64,000 bases of DNA from NCBI RefSeq assembly GCF_038025025.1, contig NW_027117342.1:1798001-1862000 (forward strand). Reading direction: 5' to 3'. Positions 60,301 to 64,000 of the stretch are shown in pieces. The translations under genes were made by a program, and so were the position numbers. The first letter of the stretch is position 1, and every line of letters starts with the position of its first letter. This DNA comes from Phyllosticta citribraziliensis. Its lineage: Eukaryota. Below the pieces are notes generated by a model. It searched no databases. It had not been told where the DNA came from and was given only the letters and a program-made list of their open reading frames with translations.

Positions 60301-63300
60301 TGCGGCGCTCCCCACTGACCGACACACACGGATATCACTCAACGATAATAGTCCCCGGCTATTATTAGCCCAGCCGGTGCCCATCTGCCTGTCAGTCTGC
60401 CTCGCAGCAGCCTACGCAGGAAGACACCGAGGATCGAGGTAGAAGCGTAAGTATCGGGGCAGGGGTAGGGACGGGAAGGCTGGAGAGGCTGTGGAGTTTG
60501 GATCCTCTGGCTTCTCGCGTCGTTGCCGGTCTTTGAGGTGGAGGTGTTTTTGTTCCAGGGATGCCAGGGATGGCAGCGGCGGTGCGGCTTTTCGTCTACT
60601 GGGTGGCTGTTCAGTAGAGCGCACCGAGGCTGGAGCTGGCGGCGGGCATCTTGTCAGAAGCCTGTATGTCTGCGTCGCACGCGAGGGAGGCATGTGAGCG
60701 GCGAAAATGGACGTCGGTTGATCGAGAGCCCGAGCCTTCAAAATGGTAGGCATGCAAGAGCGAGCGACGCCTTGCAATCACCGGGGTGGATGAACTGCCG
60801 GTAGCAAACAGGGAGATGAATAGGAGAAAACAGAAGCTCAACTATTACTGAAGAACTAACACACAATGTCCCTCGTACTCTCGCCAAAAAGTCGCCGAGA
60901 TAATATCAGGAGTCGGTCTACATGATTCGAACAGGTCAACACATTTCTTGACCTGGAACCCAACTAATGTCGTTTCTGGGCCTGAACAATTGCATTCCGC
61001 TGATCTACAAAAGCAGAAGTGAAGTTTACGAGACATCAATCACCCTTTTTTGTAATTCCTTTGTCCGGTTTTTCCTTTTGGGTGAGTCTGAGCTCGCTGT
61101 CAAGTCCCAACGCGAACGTTTGTCTCTCTGCCAGTCGTCATTTTTCCTTCTTGTGCGAAAACGAATCGTTGAAGTCGGTGATGAGTGAAGAACTACGCAA
61201 TAAAGCTGATAGCACCTCTGCTGCTGAAGCGCTCTTGCCAAACGTAATCAAATGAGACGATGGGTAATAAAATGACCTAAAGGAGTGCCTTCATGCTCCG
61301 AATGCAACGAGCGATTGATTTGAAATATCGGAAGCGAAATTAGCAAGAGCCGCAAAAGCTCGAGAGAGTATAAGTAGTGACGAGAAGAGCAAGCAGGGAG
61401 CGGGTTTACTACCGCTGCCGCCACCTGAGCAGTTTATTACCACCAACGCGGACGGCTTAATGTTGAGGACGGGCGCGAGGGGAACAACGAGCAACGTGAG
61501 AGAAAAGCTCACAGTGCAAAGAAGGAAAACAATAGGCAGACAGAACAAAAAATACAGGATGGCGAACTAGCTATCCTGTGGCATTGAGCCCTTGGTATCG
61601 AGCCGGTTTAAAGGATGCCCATACACGCCAGAAACGTATGTATGAATGTGTCCACATTAACCACACCCTTGTTGGCCATCGAAAACTCATCGCGGCAAGG
61701 AAGACTGAATATTTTGAAGTGGAGCCTCCAAAGAACATCTCACGACCCGTTTGGATTTGGCCAGTCTAAACTCGACATTGCCAGCAGATGGGAAGGGGAG
61801 CGGCTGCAAGACAGTTTGAATCTTTGGGCACTCTGCCGTCCGCTCCGGGACCGTCGAAAACGACGCATCGAGACTAGACGGTTGCAACGCTAGAGGATGG
61901 AGTGGAGACGTGGCGACGAAGACTGTCAACAATGAACGGCCGCAGTGGAGAGAAAAGGAGACAGAGATGCAAAGAGATTGCGAAACATGGGCAGGGCACA
62001 AGACACCCTGTCTATTCTCATTGACACTCGCCCAGAGCGCCTCCGTTGTGAGCAGAGCTTCTAAAGTCTGAAAAATTGAGACATCCTTGGACATTTCAAA
62101 TGTTCAAAGGCTCCTGCAGCAGTCATGCCATCCTCGAGCCCAAAGGTCTCTCTTGGGTTTGCCGGAATGGGCAGTCGGACTTCCGCATCGGGGAGAAAAG
62201 GCATGTGCACCAGAAGAGGCAAAAAAGGACAAGCGACGCGTAGTGCTGGTATCTCGTGAGAAGGAAGTTCTTGTCCGGAAGCCAAAGACTCGCAAGCATC
62301 GGACGAAGAAATGGAAATGAGAGTTCACAGTCAGTCGGTCTTGCTGCGTTGACGGCCATCTATGTCACTTGGACAGATTGATGTAAGACTCTTCGGTGCA
62401 CTCGCTGATTCTCATGCTCTTTCAGAGTATGGAGAAAGGAAGACGACGGTAAATCCAGATATACGCGGGGTGCAAGATAGCCTTACTCTTGCAGCAACAA
62501 TTCTCAGTGTGACAGCATCACTCGGCGCGTGGGAGACAGTCCAATCAGCCATCGTAATCCCTCCCTGCCTTGTCGTCGAAAAGGCAGGAGCTGACGGCGG
62601 AAAACGCTTTTGACGAGCCCGGGAGGTGAGCTGTTTGCCGGTGAAAGTCAAGAGCATGTGGAAGTGGAGTGGAGGAGTATCAGACGCACATGGTGCGGCC
62701 CCACAGCGGCAAGTGGGTGGTGTGGAGCGAGTGGGTACCTCGCATGGCTGAATTCCTCAAAAGGGATGCGTCAGTGTTCGTCGTCAACTATGTAGATGCA
62801 AGGCCGTAGTTACGTAGCCACGCGGAGCAAGGCCGCCGTCCTGCAAGAGCCCGACTCGCCTAGGCACGGATACATGCCAATCGAAGCAGCATTCCACTCG
62901 CTAGACCGCGCAGGCACTGGAACGTGGCGACCAACTGAGCCATCGCACGTTTCGAGGCAGAGTCCTCCAGCTTTGTTTCTCGTCGCCTTCGAGGTTGGAT
63001 GCTGAGTTGGTCGTCCTCGGCTAGGCAGCAAGGCGACAAGACATGCGGTACTCCTTAACTGACGACCTGACTGATGGAACAGACTCTTGCCTGCAAACGG
63101 AACAAACCTAGTTTCCAATACTCACGCAGCTACCGGCCTTCCGGATGCCATGCCTTGTTTGGAAACAGTGCCCTGACGAGTGGACCTTTGGGATCACATC
63201 ACGTGGAGTAGTCGTTGCAAGTGCCGTGCACTTGACGAGCAGCCAGAGAAGGTGGACGGAGATCCCTTTTCAATGCGGCGGCTACGTACGCGAGAAGAGA

Positions 63301-64000
63301 GAAAAGCAAGACTGACATGTACGCAGTCTGGCCCAGTCTCTGAGCAGCAGTCGAAAGATGTCAGACAAGCACGGCGCTTTGGACATGCAGACATCACGCG
63401 CGCAAGCAGCCGGCGAGGCTGTGGAGAGCAGCCCCTTGACTTCCGCAACGCGCCAATGAAAAGACAGTTTGCGAGCCAGAAACGACGTGACTGATGTAGC
63501 GGGCCGGGCTGGGTGCGCTTATCAGAGCTGCAGCGTCGGCCTCTTTGGGCACGTAAGGTAGGTTTGTCGGACACTTGGCCGGCTTTGGCGCAAAGCGAAA
63601 AGGGCGCTGAGAGCACACAATCGGCGGAGCAACGCCATGCTGCACCAGCAGTGGAGACGGACTTCATATAGTTCGATCCTCAGTTGTTTTGCATTCCGAA
63701 GCGTAGCTGGGAGGGGAGGGGCGCCAGTCACACCACCATCACGTCCGTAGTCGTAACCTCGCAGCGAGCAACAGCCTGGCGTCCAATCAGCAACGAGCAG
63801 GGCTAAAAGCAGCGTCGCGGTCGATGTAGGGGACACACTGCCAGAGTCGAAGAGACGAAGATGATGGGCTGCAACGAGAGAGTCCGAATGAGCACCTTGT
63901 TTTGTGAGATGATCGGCCAAATTGGCGGAGGCGTCGAGCCAACGAGGTCGTGGTGTTTGGAGGCTGTGGTTACGGCTGACAGGGGAGGCGGGTGCGGGGT

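Noticed and set aside
59000..60400. 200-300-aa ORFs on both strands
   Set aside because: Low-complexity translations of simple-repeat-rich intergenic DNA.

Overview
Eukaryotic DNA from a filamentous ascomycete (Pezizomycotina, inferred from the short GT-AG introns with CTRAC branch points and from gene content). Conserved genes: gamma-tubulin complex subunit GCP4-like, TYW1, a PQ-loop transporter, cytoplasmic dynein heavy chain, an X-family DNA polymerase, a Baeyer-Villiger/flavin monooxygenase, a DUF3445-type protein, an MDR oxidoreductase, and an EST1/SMG-like TPR protein with an upstream zinc-finger exon. The most unusual part is a ~7 kb island between dynein and the polymerase (25.6-32.5 kb). 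It holds three divergent paralogues of a ~320-aa protein family I do not recognise, one of them carrying a fused partial duplicate of itself. It also holds a two-exon gene with a reversed-order Zn-deaminase-like motif (PCxxC ... CCAE), a tRNA-Asn(GTT)-like gene with an abnormal anticodon loop, and an orphan copy of the family's terminal intron plus last exon. A fourth, pseudogenised family member lies at 42.5-43.5 kb. At the left end, a ~986-codon reading frame with 22-aa KGK repeats is split by a single in-register TAG. The last ~7 kb are gene-poor and rich in simple repeats. All calls were made by eye, with no database searches.
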